Assembly (NCBI GenBank): GCA_040389905.1
Contig: JAZJZK010000007.1
Coordinates: 223,492 to 287,491 of the forward strand
Origin: Gemmatimonadota bacterium
Lineage (GTDB): Bacteria > Gemmatimonadota > Gemmatimonadetes > Gemmatimonadales > Gemmatimonadaceae
Direction: 5' to 3'
Length of the DNA stretch: 64,000 bases
Made by a program: the position numbers and the translations under genes. Below, piece by piece: positions 1 through 9,352 of this stretch. The number at the start of each line of letters is the position of its first letter. Position 1 is the stretch's first letter. Under the pieces are notes generated by a model. It did no database searches, had not been told where the DNA came from, and saw nothing but the letters and a program-made list of their open reading frames with translations.

Positions 1-177
1 GACGAAGCGAAAACGACGCTGACCATTCGGGTCGAAGGGGCAAGCTTCCCGAACTGGATTGGCTCGGACCAGATTCGCCGCTATGCATTCGTCAGGGACT
101 CGCTCATCATCACGACGCCACCCATGACCGCAAACGGTTCGCGCCTCACAACCCGGCTGGCGTGGGTGCGGTTGTGA
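1..177 (+). CDS. Lipocalin-like domain protein, C-terminal part (5' truncated by window)
   Basis: Frame 1 reads DEAKTTLTIRVEGASFPNWIGSDQIRRYAF...LAWVRL*; SFPNWxGxxQxR and the terminal LxWxR resemble bacterial lipocalin-like proteins. Not in the ORF track. Confidence 0.7.
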   Translation, partial: DEAKTTLTIRVEGASFPNWIGSDQIRRYAFVRDSLIITTPPMTANGSRLTTRLAWVRL

Positions 178-563
178 CGCATCGCTCTCCGTGGTCGAAC
201 TGGCGCATCACGGTGACGGTGCTCTTCCTTCTCGCCGTCGGCCTGACGGCGCTGAAAGACGTCGCAAACGAGATGCAGCACGACATGTCAGCAGGCCAGC
301 GTGTCGCGGCGCTGACGGAACTCACGTATGCGATCGCCGGCCTACTCGCAGCTGTCGGCTACCTGCGACGCGCGCCCTGGGCCCGTCCAGCGCTTTACGT
401 GTGGTGTGTCTTTTCGACGTTCACCGCGGGGCTTGCGACAATCGTTTGGGGCCACGCGGATATCAAGTCCGCCATCGGTGCTTCTGCCGGCGGTGTGATC
501 ATCTCGCTCCTGATACTCTGGGTGACGAAGGGTCAACTGGAGAACCCCGAGATACCGGTCTGA
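174..563 (+). CDS. Hypothetical 4-TM membrane protein
   Basis: Four hydrophobic segments; GTG start overlaps the upstream TGA (GTGA). Confidence 0.7.
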   Translation: MTHRSPWSNWRITVTVLFLLAVGLTALKDVANEMQHDMSAGQRVAALTELTYAIAGLLAAVGYLRRAPWARPALYVWCVFSTFTAGLATIVWGHADIKSAIGASAGGVIISLLILWVTKGQLENPEIPV

Positions 564-564
564 A

Positions 565-1104
565 ATGCCTCGCAATGTCGCTTTCCTCCGCGCCATCAAC
601 GTGGGCGGACATACGGTGAAGATGGATCAACTCCGCGAACTCTTCGCGGAGCTGGGCTTCAAGAATGTCGAGACGTTCATCGCGAGCGGGAACGTGCTGT
701 TCGATTCGCCTGGAAAGGCGACGCCGGCGATGGAAGCCAAGATCGAGAAGCATCTCCAGAAGGCACTCGGCTACAAGGTCGACACGTTCGTGCGGCCGCT
801 CGCCGATCTCGCAGCCGTCCTGACGCATCACCCGTTTGCGGAACTCGAGGCCGACGCGCATGCGCTCCACGTCGGGTTCATGCGATCCCCTCCGGCGGCG
901 GACACTGCGGCGAAGCTGTTCGCCCTCCAATCCGATTTCCACCGGTTTCACGTACATGACCGGGAGGTCTACTGGCTGACCTACCAGCCCACGGGGGAAT
1001 CGAAGATCGGGAACAACACGTTCGAGAAGACGCTTGGTTGTTCGGCGACGTTCCGGAATGCCAATACCGTCCGTCGGCTTGCCGCAAAGGTGAAGACGGC
1101 CTGA
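565..1104 (+). CDS. DUF1697 domain protein
   Basis: AFLRAINVGG...VKM..LR, ETFIASGNVLF and TFRNANTV motifs. Confidence 0.9.
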   Translation: MPRNVAFLRAINVGGHTVKMDQLRELFAELGFKNVETFIASGNVLFDSPGKATPAMEAKIEKHLQKALGYKVDTFVRPLADLAAVLTHHPFAELEADAHALHVGFMRSPPAADTAAKLFALQSDFHRFHVHDREVYWLTYQPTGESKIGNNTFEKTLGCSATFRNANTVRRLAAKVKTA

Positions 1105-1196
1105 AATAGACGTACAGGGCTTCTCGCGGGCTCAGCCATGGCGCGACCAGCCGCCGAGCACGATACTATGCCCGTGCCCACCCGGAGATCGGCAGC

Positions 1197-2201
1197 GTGA
1201 TATCCAGCATGGAATCAACCACGCGAGTTGTCGTACGCGCCGCGCTCTACTACGCGGTGCTCATCGGCCTCGGTGTCGGGGTATGGCAACTGCTCCCGCA
1301 CGGCGGTGCGATGGCACCGGCGTCGCTCGACGCGCTGTTCGGCGTTGGGCCCGTGAACAGCACAAAGGAACTCCCCGGCGGATCGCTCGACGAAGTCACG
1401 TTGGCCATCTCTGTCGCCGTTGCAATGCTCGCGTCGGTATTGCTCGCGCTGCCGGTCGCGTGGGTCTATCTCCTGACGCGCTCGAAGCGCGGCTATCAAC
1501 AGTCCGTCGTCCAGCTGCTGATCATTCTCCCCCTCGTCGTTTCCGGAATCGTCCTGCTTGTCAAGTACAGCGTGGCACTCGCCTTCAGTCTCGCCGGTAT
1601 TGTCGCGGCGGTGCGATTTCGCAATACGCTCGATGACAGCAAGGACGCCGTGTACGTCTTTCTTGCGACCGCCGTCGGCCTCGCGTCGGCGGTGAATCTT
1701 CCAGTCGCTCTCGTCATTTCGATCGGCTTCAACGCGACCGTGCTCGTCCTCTGGTACACCGACTTCGGCAATGCCCCGGTCGAATTGGATGGCCGCATTG
1801 CGGAAAAGCGCCTCCGTCGAGCCAAGCAGCTGGCGCGCACCGGAACCTTCGTCGCTCGTATCGATGACGAAGTGTTCAAGAACATGACCCGCGACCAGCT
1901 CGAAGGCGTTGCGGAACGTGCGTGGAAACGCGCACACACCAACGATGATGACGCGCCGTCGTCGGAGAACGAGACACGCATTCGTCTGCGCACGGCGGAC
2001 GCGGAGGCGCTGCGCCGCATCATCGAACCCAAGCTGCAGGATTACACGAGACAGTGGCGCGCGGGGCCCACGACCACCGATGGCGGCGTGGAGACAATCG
2101 AGTACTACGTCCAACTGCGGAAGCGAACGCCCGCTGACGAACTGTTGTCGCTCGTTCGGGCCGCCGGCTCGTCGCAGATCATCGACTCGGAGGTGACCTG
2201 A
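1197..2201 (+). CDS. DUF4956-family membrane protein with C-terminal soluble (ACT-like) region
   Basis: SVALAFSLAGIVAAVRFRNTLDDSKDAVYVFLATAVGLASA is the DUF4956 hallmark; several TM helices; start could be ATG 1209. Confidence 0.85.
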   Translation: MISSMESTTRVVVRAALYYAVLIGLGVGVWQLLPHGGAMAPASLDALFGVGPVNSTKELPGGSLDEVTLAISVAVAMLASVLLALPVAWVYLLTRSKRGYQQSVVQLLIILPLVVSGIVLLVKYSVALAFSLAGIVAAVRFRNTLDDSKDAVYVFLATAVGLASAVNLPVALVISIGFNATVLVLWYTDFGNAPVELDGRIAEKRLRRAKQLARTGTFVARIDDEVFKNMTRDQLEGVAERAWKRAHTNDDDAPSSENETRIRLRTADAEALRRIIEPKLQDYTRQWRAGPTTTDGGVETIEYYVQLRKRTPADELLSLVRAAGSSQIIDSEVT

Positions 2202-3247
2202 TGAGGTACCACACCGCCGCACTGCTTCTGCTGTTGTTGTCGGCCCCAGGCGGCGCGCAAACAGCTCCGCCAATCGACACCACCGTGCCGCGGCTGTTCC
2301 GGAGCGAAGCGCCGCTCGCCATCACGCTCACCGCCAACATGAAGCAGTTGCGGGACGACCGCTCCGAGACCTCCCCATACCGGCCTGCGACAATCACGTA
2401 TATCGGCGCGGATGCGAAGCCCGTCACCGTGCCGCTCAAGGTGAAGACGCACGGCATCTGGCGGTTGAAGCACTGCGAGTTCCCGCCCCTCCGCTTCAAT
2501 TTTGCGAACAAGCAGGTGAAAGGCACGCTGTTCCACGACCTCGAGAAGCCAAAGGTCGTCAGCACCTGCAAGAACACCGATCAGCACGAGCAACTGGTGC
2601 TCAGAGAGATGCAGCTCTATCGCATCTACCGCACGCTGACGCCGGCGAGCCATCGCGTTCGCACGCTTCGGATTTCCTACGCCGACAGCGCGACCGGAAA
2701 AGTCGAAGCGACCCGCTACGGCTTCCTCTTCGAGGACCCCGACAAGGTCGCCGAGCGGTTGGGTGGCAAGATGAGCAAGGTGAAGGGCGCGAGCGCCTCG
2801 GACGTCGAGCCGGAACTGTATTCGCTCGTGTTCGCGTTCGAGTACTTCATCTCCAATCTGGATTTCTCGTTCAATGGGCTGCACAACGGGCAACTCGTCG
2901 TGAAACCCGACGCGTCGCCGCTGCTGCCGGTGCCGTACGACTTCGACTTCAGCGGTGCCGTCAACGCGCCATATGCCACGGTCGATGCCAGGCTCGGGAC
3001 CAAGAAGGTGCGAGAGCGATTGTTTCGGGGATACTGCGAACTCAAGGATGACTTTCCGGCGGCATTCCAGAAACTTCGCGACCGCAAGGATGCGATCTAC
3101 GCGCTCTATCGCGACGACGTCGGCAAATTGCTCGATCCGGGCACCGTGCGCGAGACACTCGAGTACTACGACGAGTTCTACGATCGCATCAAGACCGACA
3201 CGGATGCGGAGCGGAACGTGTGGTCTACCTGTGTGGGGCGGCGCTGA
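2201..3247 (+). CDS. Secreted protein, probable CotH-like/atypical kinase fold
   Basis: Signal peptide; KTHG..R..CEFPPL, FLFED, FEYFISNLDFS...LHN (catalytic-loop-like) and PVPYDFDFSG (DFG-like). TGATG coupling to the upstream gene. Confidence 0.65.
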   Translation: MRYHTAALLLLLLSAPGGAQTAPPIDTTVPRLFRSEAPLAITLTANMKQLRDDRSETSPYRPATITYIGADAKPVTVPLKVKTHGIWRLKHCEFPPLRFNFANKQVKGTLFHDLEKPKVVSTCKNTDQHEQLVLREMQLYRIYRTLTPASHRVRTLRISYADSATGKVEATRYGFLFEDPDKVAERLGGKMSKVKGASASDVEPELYSLVFAFEYFISNLDFSFNGLHNGQLVVKPDASPLLPVPYDFDFSGAVNAPYATVDARLGTKKVRERLFRGYCELKDDFPAAFQKLRDRKDAIYALYRDDVGKLLDPGTVRETLEYYDEFYDRIKTDTDAERNVWSTCVGRR

Positions 3248-5964
3248 CGAGCGCACCGAAGGACGCCGCGACTCCACGCATTGCCGTCCGGTACGAGCTC
3301 CGCTCGGCCGGCCAACTCGACGCCCTCGTGGCGGCGGAGTTGCCGGCCGGTGCGCGCGCCACGGCCGCGCGACGGACGATGCACCGAGACTTCTACATCG
3401 ACACGAAGGACGAAACGCTTCGGCGGCGCGGCGTCACCTGTCGCTTGCGGTTGGGGACGGACGATGCGCATCGCTTGTCACTCCGGATCGACGGCGCCGC
3501 CGGCGAGCGGCCGACGCGAGTGGACGACCGCGTGCGCTCCGCCACGCTCCGCGAGGCACTCGCTGAAAACACATCCGCGGGGCGACGGATCCGCGCGCTG
3601 ATCGATCCGGATGCTCTTATCGTCGTTCATGATCTCGAGGTCGAGCGATGGACGCGATTTGCATTTCCCGGCCTGCTGCGCGGTCCGCGGGTGGAATTGC
3701 ATTTCGATGCGATCACCATCCGGCAGCGAGACAGCGCGCGAACGTTCTACCAGTTGTGCGGACATCAGCGCCGTGGAGCCGGCACCGAGCTGGAGTCCAT
3801 TGCGTCGCTCTTCGAGCGACAATTCGCCGTGCGACCGGTGCCCGGAGACTTTCGCGAGCTCGTCGAGCTGTTGGCGCGATGGAAGCGCGACGGATCGGCG
3901 GCGGTGCAGCTGGAAGATACGGATGATCTCCGGTCGCACGATGGAGCACTCGGCGGATCGATTCTGCTGAACCCGGAACTCAGCCTCGTCGCCTTTCAGT
4001 GGCGCGTGCTGGCGATGGCGCAATATGACGTGACGCCGCTCCGTGAGCGCTTGAGATTCCTGGGCATCGTCACGAACAACATCGACGAACTCTACATGGT
4101 GCGCATGCCGGCACTCACCAGTGAATGGCGCGCGCGTGTTACCGAAGAGGTGGAGCGACTGTTGTCGGCCCAATCCGCGTGCGCTGCCGACTGCCTGCGT
4201 GAGGCAGAACGCCTGGGCGTGCACATCGTGAAGTGGGATGCGCTGACTGCTGCGGAGCGAGACGCGCTCAGCGACCTGTGTCGCGACGACATTCATCCGG
4301 GGCTCACGCCACTTGCCGTCACGCTGAGTCCCGGTCATCCGCTCCCACATCTCGCGCACCTCGGCCTCTCGCTTGCCGTTGTCTTTCGCCGCGACGAAGG
4401 CGGTCGGCCACACCTGGCCGAGTTCGAACTCCCATCGGATGTCGCACGACTCCTGCCGGTTCCCGGTCGCGCGTCCGACGTCATCGCCATTGAGGACGTG
4501 CTGCGCGCCAACGTGCACCTGCTGCACCCGAACGCGTACGTCGAAGGCGCATATCTCTTTCGTGTCACCCGCCGAGGCGACCTCGCGCTCGACGAGGAAG
4601 GGGCGGAGGATCTCCTCGTCGCGGTAGAGACGGCAACGGAGCGCCGTCCATACAATCCCGCCATTCGCGTGGAGGTCGAGCGGACGACGCCGTCTCTCGT
4701 GCGGGAGTTGATCCTCGAGAGTCTCCGGCGCGACGCGGTGTCGCAGGGGATGCTGCCCTGCGTCAACGATGTCCAGGTGGTCGACGGTCTTCTCGATCTC
4801 CGCTGCCTCGCCGAACTGCCGCTCCCCGCGCGCAGCGATCTGGAGTATCCACCGCTCGTGGGACGATCTCCGGTGGATGCACAGCGCTCGATGTTCGATG
4901 TTGTGCGCGGCGGTGACCTGCTCGTCCAACACCCATTCGACGCGTTCGATGCGACCGTTGTTCGTTTCGTTCGCGAGGCAGCCGACGATTCCGCGGTCAC
5001 GGCGATCAAGATCACACTGTATCGCGTCGGTGATCCCTCGCCGATCGTGGGTGCGTTGCTCGACGCGGCCAAGGCGGGGAAGCGCGTCGTTGCCTTTGTC
5101 GAGCTCAAGGCCCGTTTCGACGAAGAGCACAATGTCGCGTGGGCACGCGCCCTCGAACGCGCCGGCGGCAATGTTGTCTACGGCCTCGTTGGACTGAAGA
5201 CGCACGCGAAGGTCGCCCTGGTCGTCCGCAGGGAAGGGGAGAAGCTCCAGCGATACGTGCACGTCGGCACGGGGAACTACAACGCGCGCGCCGGCCGTCA
5301 GTACACCGACCTCAGTCTTTTCTCCGCACGCGATGACATCACGAGTGATATTGCGGACCTGTTCAACGAGTTGACCGGATCGTCTCGCGCGCCGAAAGGA
5401 CTCGCGCATGGCGCACTCGTGGCGCCGCATCAATTGCTGCCGGCGATGCTGGCGCTGATCGAACGGGAAACCGCGCACGCTCGGGCATCACGTTCCGCGT
5501 CGATTGCGATCAAGGTGAACGGCCTCACCGATCCCGAGATCATCGAGGCGCTCTATGAGGCGTCCGCCGCGGGCGTCCGCATCGACATGGTCGTGCGGGG
5601 CATCTGCACGCTGCGGCCGGGCCTCGAGCCGAGGTCCGCCAACATTCGCGTGGTGTCCGTGGTCGGACGCTTCCTCGAACATTCGCGCATCTACCGCTTC
5701 GCGAATGGTGGTGATCCGACGTACCTGATTGGCTCCGCGGATCTCCGTCCTCGGAACTTGCGCCGCCGCGTCGAGCTCCTCGTGCCGATCGCGAACGCGC
5801 GGCACCGGCAGCAATTGGACCGCATCCTGGATCTCTACCTCAACGACGCGACGGCATGGGAGATGGACGGGAACGGCAACTACCGGCAGCGAGTTGCCGG
5901 CGGCCCGGGGGCGCAGGAGATTCTGGCTCGGAGCGCTGACACCATTCTCGAGGGCGCGTCGTAA
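3220..5964 (+). CDS. ppk1: Polyphosphate kinase 1 with fused N-terminal CYTH-like domain
   Basis: PPK1 motifs TLYR, VELKARFDEE, KTHAK (phospho-His), YVHVGTGNYN, RFLEHSRIY, GSAD..RNL.RRVE; N-terminal ~230 aa contain DFYIDT.DE.LRRRGVTCRLR (CYTH-like). Start uncertain (GTG 3220 or CTG 3244). Confidence 0.9.
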   Translation: MVYLCGAALTSAPKDAATPRIAVRYELRSAGQLDALVAAELPAGARATAARRTMHRDFYIDTKDETLRRRGVTCRLRLGTDDAHRLSLRIDGAAGERPTRVDDRVRSATLREALAENTSAGRRIRALIDPDALIVVHDLEVERWTRFAFPGLLRGPRVELHFDAITIRQRDSARTFYQLCGHQRRGAGTELESIASLFERQFAVRPVPGDFRELVELLARWKRDGSAAVQLEDTDDLRSHDGALGGSILLNPELSLVAFQWRVLAMAQYDVTPLRERLRFLGIVTNNIDELYMVRMPALTSEWRARVTEEVERLLSAQSACAADCLREAERLGVHIVKWDALTAAERDALSDLCRDDIHPGLTPLAVTLSPGHPLPHLAHLGLSLAVVFRRDEGGRPHLAEFELPSDVARLLPVPGRASDVIAIEDVLRANVHLLHPNAYVEGAYLFRVTRRGDLALDEEGAEDLLVAVETATERRPYNPAIRVEVERTTPSLVRELILESLRRDAVSQGMLPCVNDVQVVDGLLDLRCLAELPLPARSDLEYPPLVGRSPVDAQRSMFDVVRGGDLLVQHPFDAFDATVVRFVREAADDSAVTAIKITLYRVGDPSPIVGALLDAAKAGKRVVAFVELKARFDEEHNVAWARALERAGGNVVYGLVGLKTHAKVALVVRREGEKLQRYVHVGTGNYNARAGRQYTDLSLFSARDDITSDIADLFNELTGSSRAPKGLAHGALVAPHQLLPAMLALIERETAHARASRSASIAIKVNGLTDPEIIEALYEASAAGVRIDMVVRGICTLRPGLEPRSANIRVVSVVGRFLEHSRIYRFANGGDPTYLIGSADLRPRNLRRRVELLVPIANARHRQQLDRILDLYLNDATAWEMDGNGNYRQRVAGGPGAQEILARSADTILEGAS

Positions 5965-5998
5965 GTTTCGACATCACCGCCTACCGAGGACAAGGACA

Positions 5999-6331
5999 AT
6001 GGCTCTTCCACATCTCTTTCTGGGCACGCTTCGCGAGCACTACCTCATGCTGTTCGGGGCTGCCGGTGTGATCGGAGTTGCGACGGGATTCGTCGGCTCG
6101 TGGATCGGTGCGTACTACGGTGCTCGCCGCGCCATTCGGGCGGCCCAACTCGAGCGCTCTCGCGAGACGGAAGTTGCGATGCAGCTGGCGCCCGTGATGC
6201 AGGCACTCGACGCGATTGCGCTCGAGGTCGAACGGGTGTCGGAGGGGCAACGCTTTGCGACGAAGATGCTCACTGAGCGGCAGCCGGTCATGCTGCCGCG
6301 GAGTGAACCGAGGAACATCACGCCGCACTGA
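5999..6331 (+). CDS. Small membrane-anchored coiled-coil hypothetical protein
   Basis: SD-like AAGGA before ATG; one TM helix, then LDAIALEVERVSEGQRFATKML. Confidence 0.7.
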   Translation: MALPHLFLGTLREHYLMLFGAAGVIGVATGFVGSWIGAYYGARRAIRAAQLERSRETEVAMQLAPVMQALDAIALEVERVSEGQRFATKMLTERQPVMLPRSEPRNITPH

Positions 6332-6374
6332 GGCGGTCGGCACGTTCGTCCCTGAGGACAGAGTCTTCTCGTTC

Positions 6375-6511
6375 TTACCGCAGAGCGCGCAGAGGAGCAA
6401 AGGGTCGCAGAGGAAACCAGAACGGGCAGGCCATTCGTTTCACTCAGGACCTGCACCTGTTGTCTCGCTTTTCCTCTGCGTGCCTCTGCTCCTCTGCGCC
6501 CTCTGCGGTAA
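6375..6511. repeat. Long inverted repeat with ~9-nt periodic arms (GCAGAGG-rich)
   Basis: ttaccgcagagcgcgcagaggagcaaagggtcgcagaggaaa (6375-6416) pairs with tttcctctgcgtgcctctgctcctctgcgccctctgcggtaa (6470-6511). Confidence 0.9.
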
Positions 6512-6552
6512 AATGACAACGCCCGTAGAATCAACTCGTGTGCTCGGATTCG

Positions 6553-6582
6553 TTGACAGTACTGTGTGTTGTAACACATTAT
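6553..6582 (+). promoter_or_regulatory. Sigma70-type promoter with overlapping palindromic operator (probable MarR autoregulation)
   Basis: TTGACA (6553-6558), 18 nt, CATTAT (6577-6582); palindrome TGTGTT-gt-AACACA at 6565-6578. Confidence 0.75.
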
Positions 6583-6588
6583 ACGCCG

Positions 6589-7068
6589 ATGCCCGACCTC
6601 CGCCACGAGATCAAACAAAGCAAACCGTTCTCGAGCCTCGAGCAGGAAGCGCTGCTCAGCCTCGAGCGTACGGCGGCGGTGCTCTTGCACGCGATGGCTG
6701 AGACCTTCAAGGGCCACGGAATTACGCCGACGCAGTACAACGTCCTCCGCATACTCCGCGGCGCCGGTCCTGACGGATTGTGCCGCAATGACATCCGCGA
6801 TCGCCTTGTGACGCAGGTGCCCGACGTCACTCGACTCCTCGATCGTCTCGAGGAGGCTCGCCTCGCGGAGCGGGAGCGCGCGTCCGACGACCGCCGAGTG
6901 GTGACAACGCGAATCACGGCCCAAGGGCTCGACCTCTTGCGAGGACTCGATGAACCCGTCACCCAGGCCCATCATCAGCAGTTCGGACATATGTCGCCCG
7001 ACCAACTGCGCTCACTGATCGACCTGCTCGCAGTCGCCCGATCAGCATCACGAGGAGAATCACAATGA
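6589..7068 (+). CDS. MarR-family transcriptional regulator
   Basis: ITPTQYNVLRILRG, VTRLLDRLE and DDRRVVTTRIT winged-helix motifs. Confidence 0.92.
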   Translation: MPDLRHEIKQSKPFSSLEQEALLSLERTAAVLLHAMAETFKGHGITPTQYNVLRILRGAGPDGLCRNDIRDRLVTQVPDVTRLLDRLEEARLAERERASDDRRVVTTRITAQGLDLLRGLDEPVTQAHHQQFGHMSPDQLRSLIDLLAVARSASRGESQ

Positions 7069-8006
7069 CCGACAGCCCGAGTTCTGACACCGCTGACGCG
7101 CTCGAGGACCGCGATCCCGTCATGGACGTCGGCGTTGCGCCGGCGGGTTGGCGCCTGCCGCCAGCGACGCGTTTGGGGCACGTCACGCTGCAGGTGGCCG
7201 ATCTATCCCGATCCATCGCGTACTACGGCACGGTGCTCGGCCTCACCGTCCTGTCGAAGACGGACGTAAGCGCAATTCTCGGCAGTGAGTACGACCGGAC
7301 GCCCCTCGTGGAGCTTCGCGAGCGCAAAGGCGCCTCGCCGATGCCGCATCATGGTCGTCTGGGGCTCTATCATTTTGCCATCCTGCTTCCTGACCGGGCG
7401 GCGCTCGGTCGCTTTATCACCCATCTCTCGGAACTCGGTCTGCGCGTTGGCGCATCCGATCATCTCGTGAGCGAGGCGCTGTACCTTCACGATCCGGACG
7501 GTCTGGGCATCGAAGTCTATCGCGACCGCCCACGCATTGAATGGCGCGCGGTCGACCGGGAGCTCGTGATGGCCAGCGAGCCGCTCGACCTCGCCGATGT
7601 CGCGCGCTCCGCCAATGGCCTTGCGTGGACGGGCATGCCCGCCGGCACAACGATGGGTCATGTTCACTTGCACGTCGCGGACCTCACACGCGCTGCGAGC
7701 TTCTATCACGATGGGCTCGGCCTCGACAAGATGGTGTGGACCTACCAAGGCGCGTTGTTCCTCGCGGCGGGTGGATACCATCATCACCTCGGCCTCAATA
7801 CCTGGGCGGGTCCGCGAGCTCCTCAGCCGACCGACGATGACGCGCGATTACTCGAGTGGCGCGTGTTGCTGCCGTCGAGCGAGGACTTGAGCGCCGCCGC
7901 CTCGAATCTGGTGGCTGGCCGTCATGACGTCATCGCTGACGGCGGCGACTTCCTTGCAACGGACCCATGGGGAACGTCCGTACGTCTCACGCGCACTCCG
8001 TGCTGA
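7065..8006 (+). CDS. VOC-family dioxygenase/glyoxalase (CatE-like)
   Basis: GLYHFAILLP, SDHLVSEALYLHDPDGLGIEVYRD, MGHVHLHV, GGYHHHLGLNTW; ATGA overlap with marR. Confidence 0.9.
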   Translation: MTDSPSSDTADALEDRDPVMDVGVAPAGWRLPPATRLGHVTLQVADLSRSIAYYGTVLGLTVLSKTDVSAILGSEYDRTPLVELRERKGASPMPHHGRLGLYHFAILLPDRAALGRFITHLSELGLRVGASDHLVSEALYLHDPDGLGIEVYRDRPRIEWRAVDRELVMASEPLDLADVARSANGLAWTGMPAGTTMGHVHLHVADLTRAASFYHDGLGLDKMVWTYQGALFLAAGGYHHHLGLNTWAGPRAPQPTDDDARLLEWRVLLPSSEDLSAAASNLVAGRHDVIADGGDFLATDPWGTSVRLTRTPC

Positions 8007-8524
8007 GTCTCAGATCCATCGCAGGGTGGGAGGAGGCGATCCTCGCGAGCATTTCCGGGGCGCAGGGCACGCTCGAGGAGCGCGATCGTCAGATTGAGCG
8101 TTCGGGTGTCTATGCCGAGTATCCCGCGATCGTCCACGCCTATCAGGAATTGATGGACGATCCGGATTCGAGTCTGGAGGCGGTCAAACGCGCGCTGTTC
8201 CTGATGTGGCGTGGCGCGACGGGGCTACCGGCCATCACCGCGATTGCGCCCTTGCCCGACCAGACCATGCACGCGGTCGTGGACGCCGTGGCGACGCGGG
8301 TGCGTCGAGAAGCATTCGATGACGAGCTCGAGTGGATGCTGGTGTGGTATCACTCGCAGAGCCCGGATCTTCTCGATCTCTATGGTGCGACGAGCGGTAC
8401 GCTCCAGCTCGCGACTGCACGGCCCGCCGACTCATGGCGGCGGGCTGGTATCACGAGCGAGCAGATGGCCTTGCGGGGACAGATGGGAAGGTACTGGAGC
8501 GCCATGGTAGCCGGCGCTCCATAA
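8000..8524 (+). CDS. Hypothetical protein
   Basis: GTG overlaps the end of the VOC gene; helical, protein-like composition. Confidence 0.65.
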   Translation: MLSLRSIAGWEEAILASISGAQGTLEERDRQIERSGVYAEYPAIVHAYQELMDDPDSSLEAVKRALFLMWRGATGLPAITAIAPLPDQTMHAVVDAVATRVRREAFDDELEWMLVWYHSQSPDLLDLYGATSGTLQLATARPADSWRRAGITSEQMALRGQMGRYWSAMVAGAP

Positions 8525-8532
8525 AAATCGTC

Positions 8533-8850
8533 CTACTCCGCGACGGCTTCGGCGACCTCGCCTGCTTCGCCGGCATCGGCGGGAGCGGTAGCCACCTTCG
8601 GGCGGCGACCCCAGTGGCTCCGCGGCTCGACTGGACGCGCCCGCGCCTCGAGCACGTTTGTGTAGAAGGCGACAATCCTCGTCTTGACTGCCTTTTGAGT
8701 GTCGGCGGTTGCCGCCTGAAACGGGGCATACCGCTGACGATCGCCGGAAACGTCGAACCACCACCAGGCGTCATCGGGAGTGGAACGTCGCGCTTCGACC
8801 TTGCACGAAAACTTCCGCCCATCCTCTTCGAACTCGAACCCTCGGATCAT
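8533..8850 (-). CDS. Hypothetical protein
   Basis: SD GAGGAG upstream; WWWF and RYAPF motifs; acidic tail. Confidence 0.7.
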   Translation of the reverse strand: MIRGFEFEEDGRKFSCKVEARRSTPDDAWWWFDVSGDRQRYAPFQAATADTQKAVKTRIVAFYTNVLEARARPVEPRSHWGRRPKVATAPADAGEAGEVAEAVAE

Positions 8851-8993
8851 CGCTGCTCCTCACGAGTGAACCGAAATATACCCGGATTCGCACGGCCCCG
8901 CTCGACCCTGGCGGCGCGACCAGTGGCGAAGAACGAGTCAACCTGCGATTTTACATACAGTTAGCCACAGTGTCACGAGTCGAGGATTTGGAG

Positions 8994-9173
8994 ATGAAGG
9001 AAAAGCGTGCGCAGGAATTGCGCGATGCGTGGGGCGACGCCCCCTGTGAGCATCCGCAACTCGCGAAGGTCTACGATCTTGGCGCGCACACGGGCAGCTT
9101 CGCCTGCGTAAAATGCGGCAAGCCATTTTCCTTTCGCGAGAAGGCGGAGCTGGCAGCCGCGCGTCGCGCGTAA
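8994..9173 (+). CDS. Small putative zinc-ribbon protein (59 aa)
   Basis: GGAG before ATG; CEH...CVKCG. Confidence 0.7.
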   Translation: MKEKRAQELRDAWGDAPCEHPQLAKVYDLGAHTGSFACVKCGKPFSFREKAELAAARRA

Positions 9174-9179
9174 CGAGCG

Positions 9180-9341
9180 ATGAGCAAACTTCTCGGATTT
9201 GTCGGCGCGGTACTGGTGAGCTCGGTGGGCTGGTGGCTGGGAAGCTTCGTCGGCATCATGACGGCGGTGATCCTGTCGGCCGTTGGTACCGGTGTCGGCA
9301 TCTACGCCGGCAAGCGGATCGCCAGTCACTACGACTTCTGA
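9180..9341 (+). CDS. Small glycine-rich 2-TM protein (53 aa)
   Basis: MSKLLGFVGAVLVSSVGWWLGSFVGIMTAVILSAVGTGVGIYAGKRIASHYDF*; fills the gap between neighbours; below the ORF-track cutoff. Confidence 0.75.
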   Translation: MSKLLGFVGAVLVSSVGWWLGSFVGIMTAVILSAVGTGVGIYAGKRIASHYDF

Positions 9342-9352
9342 CGGAGTCTTCG

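Noticed and set aside
3478..5478. 666-aa antisense ORF, and similar long ones (14819..16501, 16631..18013, 24197..25534, 56616..57755)
   Set aside because: Shadow frames of well-supported genes, expected at high GC; no recognisable motifs.
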